Shown in pieces: positions 18,475 to 28,157 of a stretch of DNA of 64,000 bases; positions within the stretch are counted from its first letter, which is position 1; each line of letters opens with the position of its first letter. Location: assembly GCA_945494785.1 (NCBI GenBank), contig CALYVN010000001.1, forward strand, positions 14,091 to 78,090. Direction: 5' to 3'. The translations under genes were made by a program, and so were the position numbers. The notes under the pieces were generated by a model. That model had not been told where the DNA came from. It saw nothing but the letters and a program-made list of their open reading frames with translations, and did not search any database. The DNA is from an uncultured Alistipes sp. (GTDB lineage: Bacteria > Bacteroidota > Bacteroidia > Bacteroidales > Rikenellaceae).

Positions 18475-20373
18475 CTACCCTATCAATTTTCGCAATGATT
18501 CGATATTGCGTTCATTGAGTAGTTTTTTGCCCTCTTGCGTATAGCAGTAATCGATTCTCTCTTTGAAATGGGCTTCCACTTTGTTGCGCACCACCTTCAT
18601 CGTACTGTTAACCAAACCGTTTTTCTCCGAGAACGGCTCGTCCACAATGGCAAATGCAACCGGCAGCCAACGGTCGGGAAATTCGCTGGCGAATACGCCG
18701 CCCGTGCGATATTTGTCTATCTCGCCGCCAATCAGTTTGGCAGCCGCTTCCGCCTTGTCGCCTTTGCAGTCGGAGAGTTTGTCGCGCAGTGCCTCTCTGT
18801 TCGGAACAATGACGGCAATGGTATATGGGCTTTGGTTGTTGTAAATCATAATCTGGTCGATGTACGGCGATTTGTCCACTATGGCCTCCTCCATGCCCTC
18901 AGGACTGTATTTCTCGCCATCGCTCGCAATAAGCAGGCTCTTGAAACGTCCGAGTACGTACAAAAACCCGTCTTTTGCCATATAGCCCATATCGCCCGTG
19001 TGCAGCCATCCGTCTTTGACAGTCTCGGCTGTCGCAGCGGGATTTTTCCAATATCCTGCCATGACATTCTCGCCCTTGATGACGATTTCGCCCTTCTCTT
19101 CGGTCGGGACTTCGTTGCCGTCGGCATCGAGAATTTTTATTTCGAGCGGTTGTACCGGTATGCCAGACGAGCCGAAACGGTGTTCTTTCTTACGGTTGGC
19201 ATTGGTCGAAATTACGGGTGTAGCCTCCGACAGACCGTATCCCTGATACATCGGGATACCTATGGCATAGAAAAACCGCTGCAACTCCGAATCGAGCAAT
19301 GCACCGCCACCGACAAAGAATTTCAGGTTGCCGCCGAATGCAAGGCGCACCTTCGAAAAGAGTATCTTGTCGAACAGCGCAACGAACGGTTTCAGCACAA
19401 AACGCCAACCGCATCCCTTATGGTAGCCGTCTTGGTTGTATTCGTATGCCGTTGCCAAAGCCAAACGGAACAAGCGTTCGGTCGTTTTGCCTTTGGCGTG
19501 AATCGACGCTTCGATGTTCTTGCGGAAATTCTTTGCCAAAGCCGGCACCGACAACAGAAAATCGGGTTTGACCTCGCGAATGTTCAGCGGAATGTTGCGC
19601 AACGTATCCATAGGCGTTTTGCCGACCTGTACCGTCGCTACCGATGCTCCGCAGGCAATCATTATATAGAAACCGACGACGTGGGCGAAGCAGTGGTCGA
19701 GAGGCAAAATGATAAGCGTGCGGAATGTCGGTGGAATTTGGATGCGCGAAAGCGACTGCTCGACATTTGCCGTATAGTTGCGATGCGTCAGTACCACGCC
19801 CTTCGGATCGGCAGTCGTACCCGATGTATAGGTAATGGTGGCATAGTTGTCGTTTTGAATTGCCCTGCCTATGGCAAGGAATTCGTCGCGATGCTGTTGC
19901 AGATAGTCGTCGCCCTTGCATTTGAGCGCATCGAGCGATATCTCGCCCTCCTGCAACTCGGCATCGCCGAAGACTATGATTGTTTTGAGCGCAGGCAGTT
20001 GCTCGCGTATGCGGCGGATTTTGGGCAACTGATATTTCGACACGAAAATCGTATTTACCTCCGCATGGTTGAGCCGGAACAGCAGGTCGTTGGCCTCCTC
20101 CAATTTGATGGAGAGAGGTACGCTGATTGCGCCGGCATAGAGCAGACCGAGTTCCGAAATAATCCAATTGTTGCAGCCCTCTGCCAAAATCGACACGGTC
20201 TGTTTGGGTTGTACGCCTATGGCAGCCAATCCTGCACCTACGCGCAAAGCCTGCTCTTTCGTTTGGGTATATGTGGTCGGCTCGAATACCTTGTTGGTCT
20301 TTTCGAGCAGGAATGTTCGGTCTCCATATTGTTCGACCGAACGCTCAAACAGGTCGATAATTGTTCTTTTCAT
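18475..20373 (-). CDS. AMP-dependent synthetase/ligase (long-chain acyl-CoA synthetase-like)
   Basis: 632 aa with the AMP-binding motif TYTSGTTADPKGVVLTH and GYGLSEATPV, WLHTGDMG. Confidence 0.85.
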   Translation of the reverse strand: MKRTIIDLFERSVEQYGDRTFLLEKTNKVFEPTTYTQTKEQALRVGAGLAAIGVQPKQTVSILAEGCNNWIISELGLLYAGAISVPLSIKLEEANDLLFRLNHAEVNTIFVSKYQLPKIRRIREQLPALKTIIVFGDAELQEGEISLDALKCKGDDYLQQHRDEFLAIGRAIQNDNYATITYTSGTTADPKGVVLTHRNYTANVEQSLSRIQIPPTFRTLIILPLDHCFAHVVGFYIMIACGASVATVQVGKTPMDTLRNIPLNIREVKPDFLLSVPALAKNFRKNIEASIHAKGKTTERLFRLALATAYEYNQDGYHKGCGWRFVLKPFVALFDKILFSKVRLAFGGNLKFFVGGGALLDSELQRFFYAIGIPMYQGYGLSEATPVISTNANRKKEHRFGSSGIPVQPLEIKILDADGNEVPTEEKGEIVIKGENVMAGYWKNPAATAETVKDGWLHTGDMGYMAKDGFLYVLGRFKSLLIASDGEKYSPEGMEEAIVDKSPYIDQIMIYNNQSPYTIAVIVPNREALRDKLSDCKGDKAEAAAKLIGGEIDKYRTGGVFASEFPDRWLPVAFAIVDEPFSEKNGLVNSTMKVVRNKVEAHFKERIDYCYTQEGKKLLNERNIESLRKLIG

Positions 20374-20391
20374 CTGTTATGATAGTTGTTG

Positions 20392-22182
20392 TTAGTCCAT
20401 TTTCAGTACGGCAAGGAATGCCGATTGCGGCACCTGTACCTGCCCTATTTGGCGCATGCGCTTTTTGCCCGCCTTCTGCTTTTCGAGCAGTTTGCGCTTC
20501 CGCGAAATATCGCCGCCGTAACACTTGGCCGTTACATCCTTGCGCACGGCCTTGACTGTCTCGCGTGCGATGATTTTAGAGCCGATGGCAGCCTGAATCG
20601 CTATGTCGAATTGCTGGCGCGGTATCAACTCTTTGAGTTTTTCGCACATCTTGCGCCCGAAATCGTAGGCGTGGTCGGCATATATGAGCGACGAAAGTGC
20701 ATCGACAGGCTCGCCGTTGAGCAATATGTCCAACTTAGCAAGTTTGCTCTGTTCGTAGCCCGTGCGGTGGTAATCGAACGAGGCATATCCCTTCGATATG
20801 CTTTTGAGTTTGTCGTAGAAATCGAACACTATCTCCGACAGTGGCATTTCGAAATTGACCTCCACGCGGTCGGTCGTGATATAGGTTTGATTGCGCATTA
20901 CTCCGCGCTTGTCGATGCACAATTTCAGTACGTTGCCCAAAAAATCGGCCTTTGTGATGATTTGCGCCAAGATGTACGGCTCTTCGATTTTGGCTATTTT
21001 GGTTATCTCCGGCAAGCCCGACGGATTGTGTACCTCGACCGTATCGCCCGCTGTCGTAGTGATGCGGTACGATACGTTCGGCACGGTCGTAATTACATCC
21101 ATGTCGAATTCGCGATATAGACGCTCCTGTATAATCTCCATGTGTAGCAGCCCGAGAAATCCGCAACGGAAGCCGAAGCCGAGTGCCAGCGAACTCTCCG
21201 GCTCGAAGGTAAGCGAAGCATCGTTGAGTTGCAATTTTTCGAGCGACGCACGCAAATCCTCGTATTGGTCTGCCTCGACGGGATAGACGCCGGCGAACAC
21301 CATCGGTTTTACATCCTCGAAACCCGCAATGGCCTCCGTACAAGGCGTTGCAACGCTCGTAATCGTATCGCCGACCTTGACATCCTTCGAACTCTTGATG
21401 CCCGAGCAGATATACCCGACATCGCCTGCAGCAATCTCGTCTCGTGGCGATAGTTTCAATTTCAGCACACCAATCTCGTCGGCATCGTACTCGCTGCCCG
21501 TGTTGAAAAATTTGACGAGTTCGCCCTTGTGTATTTTGCCGTTGAAGATGCGGAAATATGCTATGATGCCGCGGAACGGATTGAATACGGAATCGAATAT
21601 CAATGCCTGCAAAGGCGCATTTTCGTCGCCTTTCGGTGCAGGGATGCGGCTAATGATGGCCTCCAAAATGTCATCGACTCCTTCGCCCGTTTTGCCCGAT
21701 GCGCACAAAATCTCCTCGTGTTTGCAACCGAGCAAATCGACCACTTGGTCTTTGACCTCATCGACCATCGCCGATTCCATGTCGATTTTGTTCAGTACGG
21801 GGATGATTTCGAGGTCGTGGTCGAGCGCAAGGTAGAGGTTGGATATCGTCTGTGCCTGAATGCCCTGCGTGGCATCGACCACCAACAGCGCACCTTCGCA
21901 CGAGGCGATTGCCCGCGAGACCTCGTACGAAAAATCGACATGTCCCGGGGTGTCGATAAGGTTGAGCGTATAGCGGTTGCCGTCGTGGGCGACATACTCC
22001 ATCTGAATTGCATGGCTCTTGATGGTGATGCCCTTTTCGCGCTCCAAGTCCATGTCGTCGAGTACCTGCGCCTGCATTTCGCGCTGATTCAGCGTGTGCG
22101 TCTTTTCGAGCAGACGGTCGGCAAGCGTGGACTTGCCGTGGTCGATATGTGCAATGATGCAAAAATTTCTGATTCTCTCCAT
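20392..22182 (-). CDS. lepA: Translation elongation factor 4
   Basis: The start is set at [25 protein letters not shown]. Also contains DTPGHVDF and NKID, and the LepA C-terminal region [16 protein letters not shown]. Confidence 0.95.
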   Translation of the reverse strand: MERIRNFCIIAHIDHGKSTLADRLLEKTHTLNQREMQAQVLDDMDLEREKGITIKSHAIQMEYVAHDGNRYTLNLIDTPGHVDFSYEVSRAIASCEGALLVVDATQGIQAQTISNLYLALDHDLEIIPVLNKIDMESAMVDEVKDQVVDLLGCKHEEILCASGKTGEGVDDILEAIISRIPAPKGDENAPLQALIFDSVFNPFRGIIAYFRIFNGKIHKGELVKFFNTGSEYDADEIGVLKLKLSPRDEIAAGDVGYICSGIKSSKDVKVGDTITSVATPCTEAIAGFEDVKPMVFAGVYPVEADQYEDLRASLEKLQLNDASLTFEPESSLALGFGFRCGFLGLLHMEIIQERLYREFDMDVITTVPNVSYRITTTAGDTVEVHNPSGLPEITKIAKIEEPYILAQIITKADFLGNVLKLCIDKRGVMRNQTYITTDRVEVNFEMPLSEIVFDFYDKLKSISKGYASFDYHRTGYEQSKLAKLDILLNGEPVDALSSLIYADHAYDFGRKMCEKLKELIPRQQFDIAIQAAIGSKIIARETVKAVRKDVTAKCYGGDISRKRKLLEKQKAGKKRMRQIGQVQVPQSAFLAVLKMD

Positions 22183-22244
22183 AACGGCGCGAAGATAGTA
22201 AAAATTTCGCAAAAATCACCCATCGGCACCGAGCCGCCTAACGG

Positions 22245-23150
22245 CTATTGCCGCGAGCCGATATAGAGGAATATCATGCCGACAAATATTAGTGCCAAAT
22301 CGACGGCTTTGGCTCGCAGATTTTTCTCGTGGAAGAGTATCGCTCCGCACGAAAACGACACAATCACCGAGGAGCGACGAATCATCGACACCACCGAAAT
22401 CATCGCATCGGGGTTGCTCAAAGCGTAGAGATATGCCACATCGGCGCAGGAGAGGAATATGGAAATCAACGGAATCGCCCATGACCAACGGAATTTCTTG
22501 TTCTCTTCACCCCGCTTTGGCAGCCACAATACGGCAACCGTCGCACTCATCAGCACCGCCTGATACAGCGTGTACCAACCCTGAACGAACATCGGTCGCA
22601 GAGAGTGCATCAAATGGCGGTCGTACAATCCGCTGCATGCACCGAGTACGGCTGCAATAGCTATGCACAAAATCCACTTGTTATGGGCGAAATCGACACC
22701 CTCTTTGCGGCTCGAACGGCTCAACAGAAACAGTGAAAAGATGGCGAAAACGACACCTGCCCATTGCCAACCGTTCAGCCGTTCGCCGAATATGAGCATT
22801 GCGCCCACAAGGGTCATGACAGGTCGTGTGGCGTTTATCGGTCCTGCGATGGTCAGCGGCAGATGTTTTAGTCCTATGTAACCGAATATCCACGACGACA
22901 ACACCAAAACCGCCTTGCCCATAACCAAAACATGGTCGTTCAAAGAGCCTTTACCGATGGCGAACGGAGTGTCGTCGAGCCACCCTGCACCCAATGCCGA
23001 AGCAATTATGACAGGCAGGAATATAAAGCTCGAAAACAGAGTGTTAAGCAGCAACACCGGCAGTACTGCATTATCTGCCAATGCCCGCTTCTTTGCCACG
23101 TCGTAGAATCCCAACAACAACGCCGATACAAATGCCGGAATAACCCACAT
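22245..23150 (-). CDS. EamA/DMT-family transporter
   Basis: The start is set at MWVIPAFVSALLLGFYDVAKKRAL, supported by a -7 box 20 nt upstream. About 10 TM segments and two EamA-like halves. Confidence 0.75.
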   Translation of the reverse strand: MWVIPAFVSALLLGFYDVAKKRALADNAVLPVLLLNTLFSSFIFLPVIIASALGAGWLDDTPFAIGKGSLNDHVLVMGKAVLVLSSWIFGYIGLKHLPLTIAGPINATRPVMTLVGAMLIFGERLNGWQWAGVVFAIFSLFLLSRSSRKEGVDFAHNKWILCIAIAAVLGACSGLYDRHLMHSLRPMFVQGWYTLYQAVLMSATVAVLWLPKRGEENKKFRWSWAIPLISIFLSCADVAYLYALSNPDAMISVVSMIRRSSVIVSFSCGAILFHEKNLRAKAVDLALIFVGMIFLYIGSRQ

Positions 23151-23170
23151 AATTTTTCGCTTTTCCCGCG

Positions 23171-23178
23171 CAAAGATA
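23171..23178 (-). promoter_or_regulatory. -7 promoter box (TATCTTTG) upstream of the EamA gene
   Basis: The plus strand reads caaagata, 20 nt upstream of the ATG at 23150. Confidence 0.5.
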
Positions 23179-23342
23179 CTAAATTTTGTCGCCCTGCAAT
23201 ACATGCGGCAGGTTTGTCGAGGGAGGGCAGATGGCGAATGCTGCACGAGCCCGAATGCGTGGAATGGGACAAAAATGCGTCTCTGTCGGTCGGCTGTTCC
23301 ACTTTTTACCCGCATCGGCTTTGCTTGTTAGCGCAAAATTTG

Positions 23343-23350
23343 TAACTTTG
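23343..23350 (+). promoter_or_regulatory. -7 promoter box (TAACTTTG) upstream of pheT
   Basis: taactttg lies 47 nt upstream of the ATG at 23398. Confidence 0.45.
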
Positions 23351-23397
23351 CAAGTTAATTATCATATAAAAGGCAACAAAATAAACAATATACTGTT

Positions 23398-25860
23398 ATG
23401 AATATCTCTTTCAATTGGTTGAAAAACTATGTGGATACCGATTTATCGGCAGAACAGATTGCGACAATCTTGACCGACATAGGTCTTGAAGTCGAGGAGT
23501 TTGAGAAGGTCGAGACCATACGCGGAGGATTGGCAGGCGTGGTTGTCGGCGAGGTTAAGACCTGCATCGACCATCCCGATTCCGACCATCTGCACATCAC
23601 CACTGTCGATGTCGGTGCTGCCGAGCCGCTCCAAATCGTTTGCGGTGCGCCGAATTGTCGGGCAGGACTGAAAGTGATGTGTGCCACCGTGGGCAGCGTA
23701 CTCTACCCTAACGGCGGTAACGAGGAGTTCAAAATCAAGCGCAGCAAAATACGCGGCATCGAGTCGCTCGGCATGCTCTGCGCCGAAGACGAACTCGGCA
23801 TAGGTACCGACCATGCGGGCATTATCGAATTGCCCGCCGATGCCGTTGTGGGTACTTCTGCCAAAGAGTATTACCATATCGCCGACGACTATCTGATAGG
23901 CATAGGTCTGACACCCAACCGCGTCGATGCCGCTTCGCATATCGGAGTTGCCCGCGATTTGGCAGCCTATCTGCGCAGTCGAGGCCACAACGTATCGTTG
24001 AAATGGCCGTCGGTCGAGGCGTTTGCGGTCGATAGCCACAACCTTAAAATAGATGTCGAGGTCGAGAACAGTGCGGCTTGTCCACGCTATGCGGGCGTTA
24101 CGATAAAGGGGTGCAAAATAGCTCCTTCGCCCGAGTGGATGCAGAACTATCTGCGTGCGGCAGGTCTGAATCCGAAAAACAATTTGGTTGATATAACCAA
24201 CTTCATCCTATTCGAGTTGGGTCAGCCGTTGCATGCTTTCGATGCATCAAAGATTGACGGAGGCAAAATCGTTGTAAAGAACTGCGCCGAAGGTACTCCG
24301 TTCGTAACGTTGGACGGCGTGGAGCGCAAATTGAACAAAGACGATTTGATGATTTGCTCCGCTACCAAACCTATGTGTCTCGCCGGCGTGTTCGGCGGTT
24401 TGGAATCGGGCGTCAGCGATTCGACCACCGATGTTTTCCTCGAAAGTGCATATTTCAACCCCGTATCGGTGCGTAAAACGGCAAAACGCTTCGGTTTGAA
24501 CACCGATGCGTCGTTCCGTTTCGAACGAGGCATAGACCCGAACATTCAGGTCTATGCACTCAAACGTGCAGCACTGCTATTCAAAGAGTTGGCAGGTGGC
24601 GAGATTGCAAGCGACATAATCGATATCTGCCCGAAACCGGCAGAGGATTTTCGTTTCGATTTCTCGATTGCCCGTGCCAAAGCACTTATCGGCAAGGAGA
24701 TACCGACCGAGACAATACATTCTATTTTGGAGGCTTTGGAGGTGCGCATCGAGAGCGAACACGACGGCATTTTGTCGGTTGCCGTACCTCCGTACCGTGT
24801 CGATGTGCAACGTGAGGCCGATTTGGTCGAGGATATTCTGCGTATCTACGGCTACAACAATGTCGAGATTCCGTCGCATGTCAATTCTACCCTGTCGTAT
24901 GCGCCGAAACCCGACCGCACGCGACTTACGAATATGGTTGCCGACTTCTTGACCGCTCGCGGATTTACGGAGATTATGTCGAACTCGCTGACCAAATCGG
25001 CGTATTACGACCAATCGAATACCTATAAGGCAGAAAATTGCGTGCGCATCCTCAATCCGCTCAGCGCAGATTTGAACGTTATGCGTCAAACGTTGCTGTT
25101 CAATACGATGGAGGCCATACAACTCAATGCCAACCGTCGGAACGGCGACCTGCTGACATACGAGTTCGGCAACTGCTATTACTATAACGCAGCCAATGCC
25201 GAGCCTGAAAATCCGCTTGCTGCATACAGCGAGAATTATCGTTTGGGCATTGCCGTAACCGGTACGGCAACCCCGCAATCGTGGAATATCAAAGCACAAC
25301 AGGCATCGTTCTATACGCTGCGTGCCGTTGTCGAGTTGATACTGAAACGCTTTGGTTTGGATATATACGCCCTGAAATGCGAAACGCTGACAAGCGACCT
25401 GTTCGGCGATGCCGTCGAGATATATGTCAATAATAAACCACTGATTCAGTTGGGGCAAGTCAATACCAAGATTTGCAAAGAGTTCGATTTGAAGCAATCG
25501 GTATTCTTTGCAGAGGTGGACTTCGATTTGTTGATGAAGGCAACGCGCAAGCACAAGATTACGGTCGAGGAGTTGTCGAAGTATCCCGAAGTCAAGCGCG
25601 ATTTGGCTCTGTTGCTCGACAAGTCGGTTTCGTTCTCGCAGTTGCGCGACATCGCATTCGCGACTGAACGCAAGTTGTTGAAGAGCGTCGCTCTGTTCGA
25701 TGTTTACGAGGGCGACAAATTGCCGGAGGGCAAGAAGTCGTATGCTTTGAGTTTCATTCTCGAAGACAAGAACCAGACGCTCAACGACAAGACCATCGAG
25801 CGCGTAATGGCGGCCTTGCAGAGTGCTTTCGAGAAGCAGACGGGTGCACAGATACGATAA
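23398..25860 (+). CDS. pheT: Phenylalanine--tRNA ligase beta subunit
   Basis: 820 aa. MNISFNWLKNYVD, tRNA-binding domain (KIRGIESLGMLC), B3/4, B5 and C-terminal FDX-ACB regions. Confidence 0.95.
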   Translation: MNISFNWLKNYVDTDLSAEQIATILTDIGLEVEEFEKVETIRGGLAGVVVGEVKTCIDHPDSDHLHITTVDVGAAEPLQIVCGAPNCRAGLKVMCATVGSVLYPNGGNEEFKIKRSKIRGIESLGMLCAEDELGIGTDHAGIIELPADAVVGTSAKEYYHIADDYLIGIGLTPNRVDAASHIGVARDLAAYLRSRGHNVSLKWPSVEAFAVDSHNLKIDVEVENSAACPRYAGVTIKGCKIAPSPEWMQNYLRAAGLNPKNNLVDITNFILFELGQPLHAFDASKIDGGKIVVKNCAEGTPFVTLDGVERKLNKDDLMICSATKPMCLAGVFGGLESGVSDSTTDVFLESAYFNPVSVRKTAKRFGLNTDASFRFERGIDPNIQVYALKRAALLFKELAGGEIASDIIDICPKPAEDFRFDFSIARAKALIGKEIPTETIHSILEALEVRIESEHDGILSVAVPPYRVDVQREADLVEDILRIYGYNNVEIPSHVNSTLSYAPKPDRTRLTNMVADFLTARGFTEIMSNSLTKSAYYDQSNTYKAENCVRILNPLSADLNVMRQTLLFNTMEAIQLNANRRNGDLLTYEFGNCYYYNAANAEPENPLAAYSENYRLGIAVTGTATPQSWNIKAQQASFYTLRAVVELILKRFGLDIYALKCETLTSDLFGDAVEIYVNNKPLIQLGQVNTKICKEFDLKQSVFFAEVDFDLLMKATRKHKITVEELSKYPEVKRDLALLLDKSVSFSQLRDIAFATERKLLKSVALFDVYEGDKLPEGKKSYALSFILEDKNQTLNDKTIERVMAALQSAFEKQTGAQIR

Positions 25861-25875
25861 AGCAACAACTATCGT

Positions 25876-25917
25876 AAAATCGGTGTAGAGCGATTTGTTC
25901 TACACCGATTTTGTTTT
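25876..25917. terminator. Bidirectional intrinsic terminator between pheT and GH20
   Basis: A 13-bp stem, aaaatcggtgtag / ctacaccgatttt, is followed by ttgtttt. A/T runs flank both sides. Confidence 0.75.
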
Positions 25918-25929
25918 GGCCGTATTCCT

Positions 25930-28086
25930 CTATTTTATTTTCAACGACTGGATAACCACGTTATCTTCGGCATCGCTGTTGCCGTCGGCAACGATTCGGA
26001 TTGCCGTCAAAGGCTTGTCGGGGCATATTACTGCTCCGCCGTTGTGAAGTTCGGCGGCGCGGACAAACGTTTTGCCATCCTCGCTAATTTCGACATGACC
26101 CGCCAAAAAGAGGCAGCGGCGCAAGTGGATATGTCCCGTCTGTACCTCGATTTTGCGACACGACATAGGCTCGGCGAATGAATAGGCAATCCAATCGCCC
26201 GCATGTGCCGCCCGCGTCGTTCGGGCTATTTTATTGGAGTAGGTCGCCGCATTTTCGATAGGATTTTTGGCGGAACATGTCATCGATGATGTAACCGTAA
26301 CCTGGGGTGTCAGCATGCGGAGGTACTCCTTGCTGCCTGTCGTGCAACTGCCGGCAGAGCCGTACTCGCTGCAAAAAGCGAAGTGTTCGGGCGCATCGCA
26401 AGGAAACGGAGCAGTGTAGCGCGTCCGTTTGCCGTTGCGCTCGTCGGTGTAGTATATAACCGCGCCATCGTCGGTCGAGGCAGAGAGCATGCCGTCGGCA
26501 TATTTTACATTCGGGGTGCAGAGACGGAAGGCGATGCCCATTGCCTGCATGCGGTCGTAGTGGTCGGTAACAAGTGAACTATGGAAATCGTCCCAATTCC
26601 GTTTTCGGCTGCTCCATGCCACTTCGGCAAAGGCGCACAATCGCGGAAATAGCATGTAGTCGAGGTAGTCGCTCTTTTCGGGCGAATGTTCGATATATAT
26701 TTCGCTGAAAAACGACGCCTCCAACCCTGCAACCTTCGCAAGATGGCGTTCGGTAAAACCGTTGCGGTCTAAATCGAACGATAAGACCTTTTTTGCATCG
26801 AAAATGGCAGCCCAAGTGTGTCCCGCTTCGTTGGCGGACTGCTTCATGTCGAAATAGAAATATGCACCGGGCATAACGATTGTCGGATAGCCCTTTTCGA
26901 CTGCACGCAGACAATGTTTGATGCTTTGCCAACCGTGTACACGGGTCGCTTTCGGTAATGTTCCGCCATCGACAGCCTCGTTCCAAACGGCAGGCACTTT
27001 GCCGTATTTTGCCAAAATCGCCGTAACGCGGGCAATGAAATAATCCTCTATCTGCTTCTCGCTGTTCAACCCTTTCTCCCGTTTGAGACGTTGGCAGTCG
27101 GGACATTTGCGCCACTGCGACATATCGACCTCGTCGCCGCCTATATGGATATACTTGGATGTAAATATCGTGCTGACTTCGCGGATAATGTCGTCGATTA
27201 GCGCGTAATTGCTCTCTTTGGCGGCACACCACACGTTGCGGATATCCAATCCGTTGGTGCGTGCCGTATCGGGAACGAAATCGCACAAAATATCGTGGCG
27301 TATTGCGCCCAATGCCTTGCTGTGTCCCGGCATGTCAATCTCGGGGATTACCTCGATGTTGCGAATGCGGGCATATTCGACTATGTCGCGCAATTCGCGT
27401 TGGGTATAGTAACCACCCCACTTCTCGTCGAATTTGGCATAACGCGGATGAACGGGCGAATCGCCACCTCGGAATCCGCCCGTGCGTGCGAACTCGGGAT
27501 GCGATTTGAGTTCGATGCGCCATCCCTCGTCGTCGGTCAGATGGAAATGGAGTTTGTTGATTTTGTGGCAGGCAAGCAAATCGATGTAACGCTTGACGCG
27601 GTCGGCAGGAATCCAAGTGCGCGCCACATCGAGCGAAAGACCGCGATAATCGAAGCGCGGAGCATCGACCGCCTCGCAACAACCCACCGACACGGGCAGG
27701 TGCAGCGATTTGGCATATACTTGAGCCGGAAGCAGTTGCAACAGACTCTGTATGCCGTTGAATACGCCTCCGTAGGAGCCACCCGAGAGTGTTATGCGGT
27801 CGGTATCGATTCGCAGTGCGCAGCCTTCGGCAGGCAACGAGGAGTCGATGCTCAAACGGATGGAGTTGGTACCATTGCCCGTCTGCGCGAAATGGCGCAA
27901 AGGCAGATACTCCAACAGGTAAATCGCCGCATCGCGCAACTCCTCGTCCCACGACAGCGTCGTATTGGCATCGATAACAAATTCGCCTGAACAATGCGTA
28001 AAACGGGACGGATTGGGGATGATTGCGGAAACTGTGGCCGTCTGCAACACGGCTAGCAGAAAAAAAATCAAAAGTTTTGTTCGCAT
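25930..28086 (-). CDS. Beta-N-acetylhexosaminidase (GH20) with C-terminal discoidin (F5/8 type C)-like domain, secreted
   Basis: The start is set at MRTKLLIFFLLAVLQTATVSA. Motifs: HFHLTDDEGWRIELKSHPEF and IHIGGDEV. The C-terminal roughly 150 aa is beta-rich and ends VVIQSLKIK. Confidence 0.85.
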   Translation of the reverse strand: MRTKLLIFFLLAVLQTATVSAIIPNPSRFTHCSGEFVIDANTTLSWDEELRDAAIYLLEYLPLRHFAQTGNGTNSIRLSIDSSLPAEGCALRIDTDRITLSGGSYGGVFNGIQSLLQLLPAQVYAKSLHLPVSVGCCEAVDAPRFDYRGLSLDVARTWIPADRVKRYIDLLACHKINKLHFHLTDDEGWRIELKSHPEFARTGGFRGGDSPVHPRYAKFDEKWGGYYTQRELRDIVEYARIRNIEVIPEIDMPGHSKALGAIRHDILCDFVPDTARTNGLDIRNVWCAAKESNYALIDDIIREVSTIFTSKYIHIGGDEVDMSQWRKCPDCQRLKREKGLNSEKQIEDYFIARVTAILAKYGKVPAVWNEAVDGGTLPKATRVHGWQSIKHCLRAVEKGYPTIVMPGAYFYFDMKQSANEAGHTWAAIFDAKKVLSFDLDRNGFTERHLAKVAGLEASFFSEIYIEHSPEKSDYLDYMLFPRLCAFAEVAWSSRKRNWDDFHSSLVTDHYDRMQAMGIAFRLCTPNVKYADGMLSASTDDGAVIYYTDERNGKRTRYTAPFPCDAPEHFAFCSEYGSAGSCTTGSKEYLRMLTPQVTVTSSMTCSAKNPIENAATYSNKIARTTRAAHAGDWIAYSFAEPMSCRKIEVQTGHIHLRRCLFLAGHVEISEDGKTFVRAAELHNGGAVICPDKPLTAIRIVADGNSDAEDNVVIQSLKIK

Positions 28087-28106
28087 CGAATCTGTGTTTA
28101 TTGTTA

Positions 28107-28114
28107 CAAAGATA
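28107..28114 (-). promoter_or_regulatory. -7 promoter box (TATCTTTG) for the GH20 gene
   Basis: The plus strand reads caaagata, 20 nt upstream of the ATG at 28086. Confidence 0.5.
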
Positions 28115-28123
28115 AATAAATCG

Positions 28124-28131
28124 TATCTTTG
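28124..28131 (+). promoter_or_regulatory. -7 promoter box (TATCTTTG) for mazG
   Basis: tatctttg lies 26 nt upstream of the ATG at 28158, and only 9 nt from the divergent box. Confidence 0.5.
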
Positions 28132-28157
28132 TAGCAACGATTCACCGATATTTCATT

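Noticed and set aside
18535-20382. A 615-aa plus-strand ORF covering the whole acyl-CoA ligase gene. Similar giant antisense ORFs occur at 55027-56607, 31757-33427, 33500-34687, 46502-47926, 57787-59184, 44143-45384, 38580-39773, 20386-21120, 21529-22266, 9311-10102, 11327-12175 and 24577-25554.
   Set aside because: All are in the codon-aligned antisense frame of a gene with clear homology-type motifs. Their translations are low-complexity (R/H/L/V/F-rich) with no recognisable domains. They are explained by avoidance of the sense codons TTA/CTA/TCA.
23151-23315. A 55-codon N-terminal extension of the EamA transporter ORF. Similar upstream extensions occur at 13082-13120, 22183-22212, 28087-28137, 41303-41428, 48973-49182, 57166-57207 and 59481-59522.
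   Set aside because: Each extension lacks similarity to the family N-terminus and precedes a clear signal peptide, lipobox or conserved start. In several cases it contains the gene's own TAnnTTTG promoter box (23171, 13110, 28107, 59476), or overlaps the upstream gene.
23186-23401. A 71-aa ORF in the 250-bp EamA/pheT divergent intergenic region, with weak hairpins around 23193-23212. It was considered as a small gene, a leader peptide or a T-box-like element for pheT.
   Set aside because: The ORF runs through the pheT promoter box. I can recognise no T-box specifier or antiterminator features, and the hairpins are short and imperfect.
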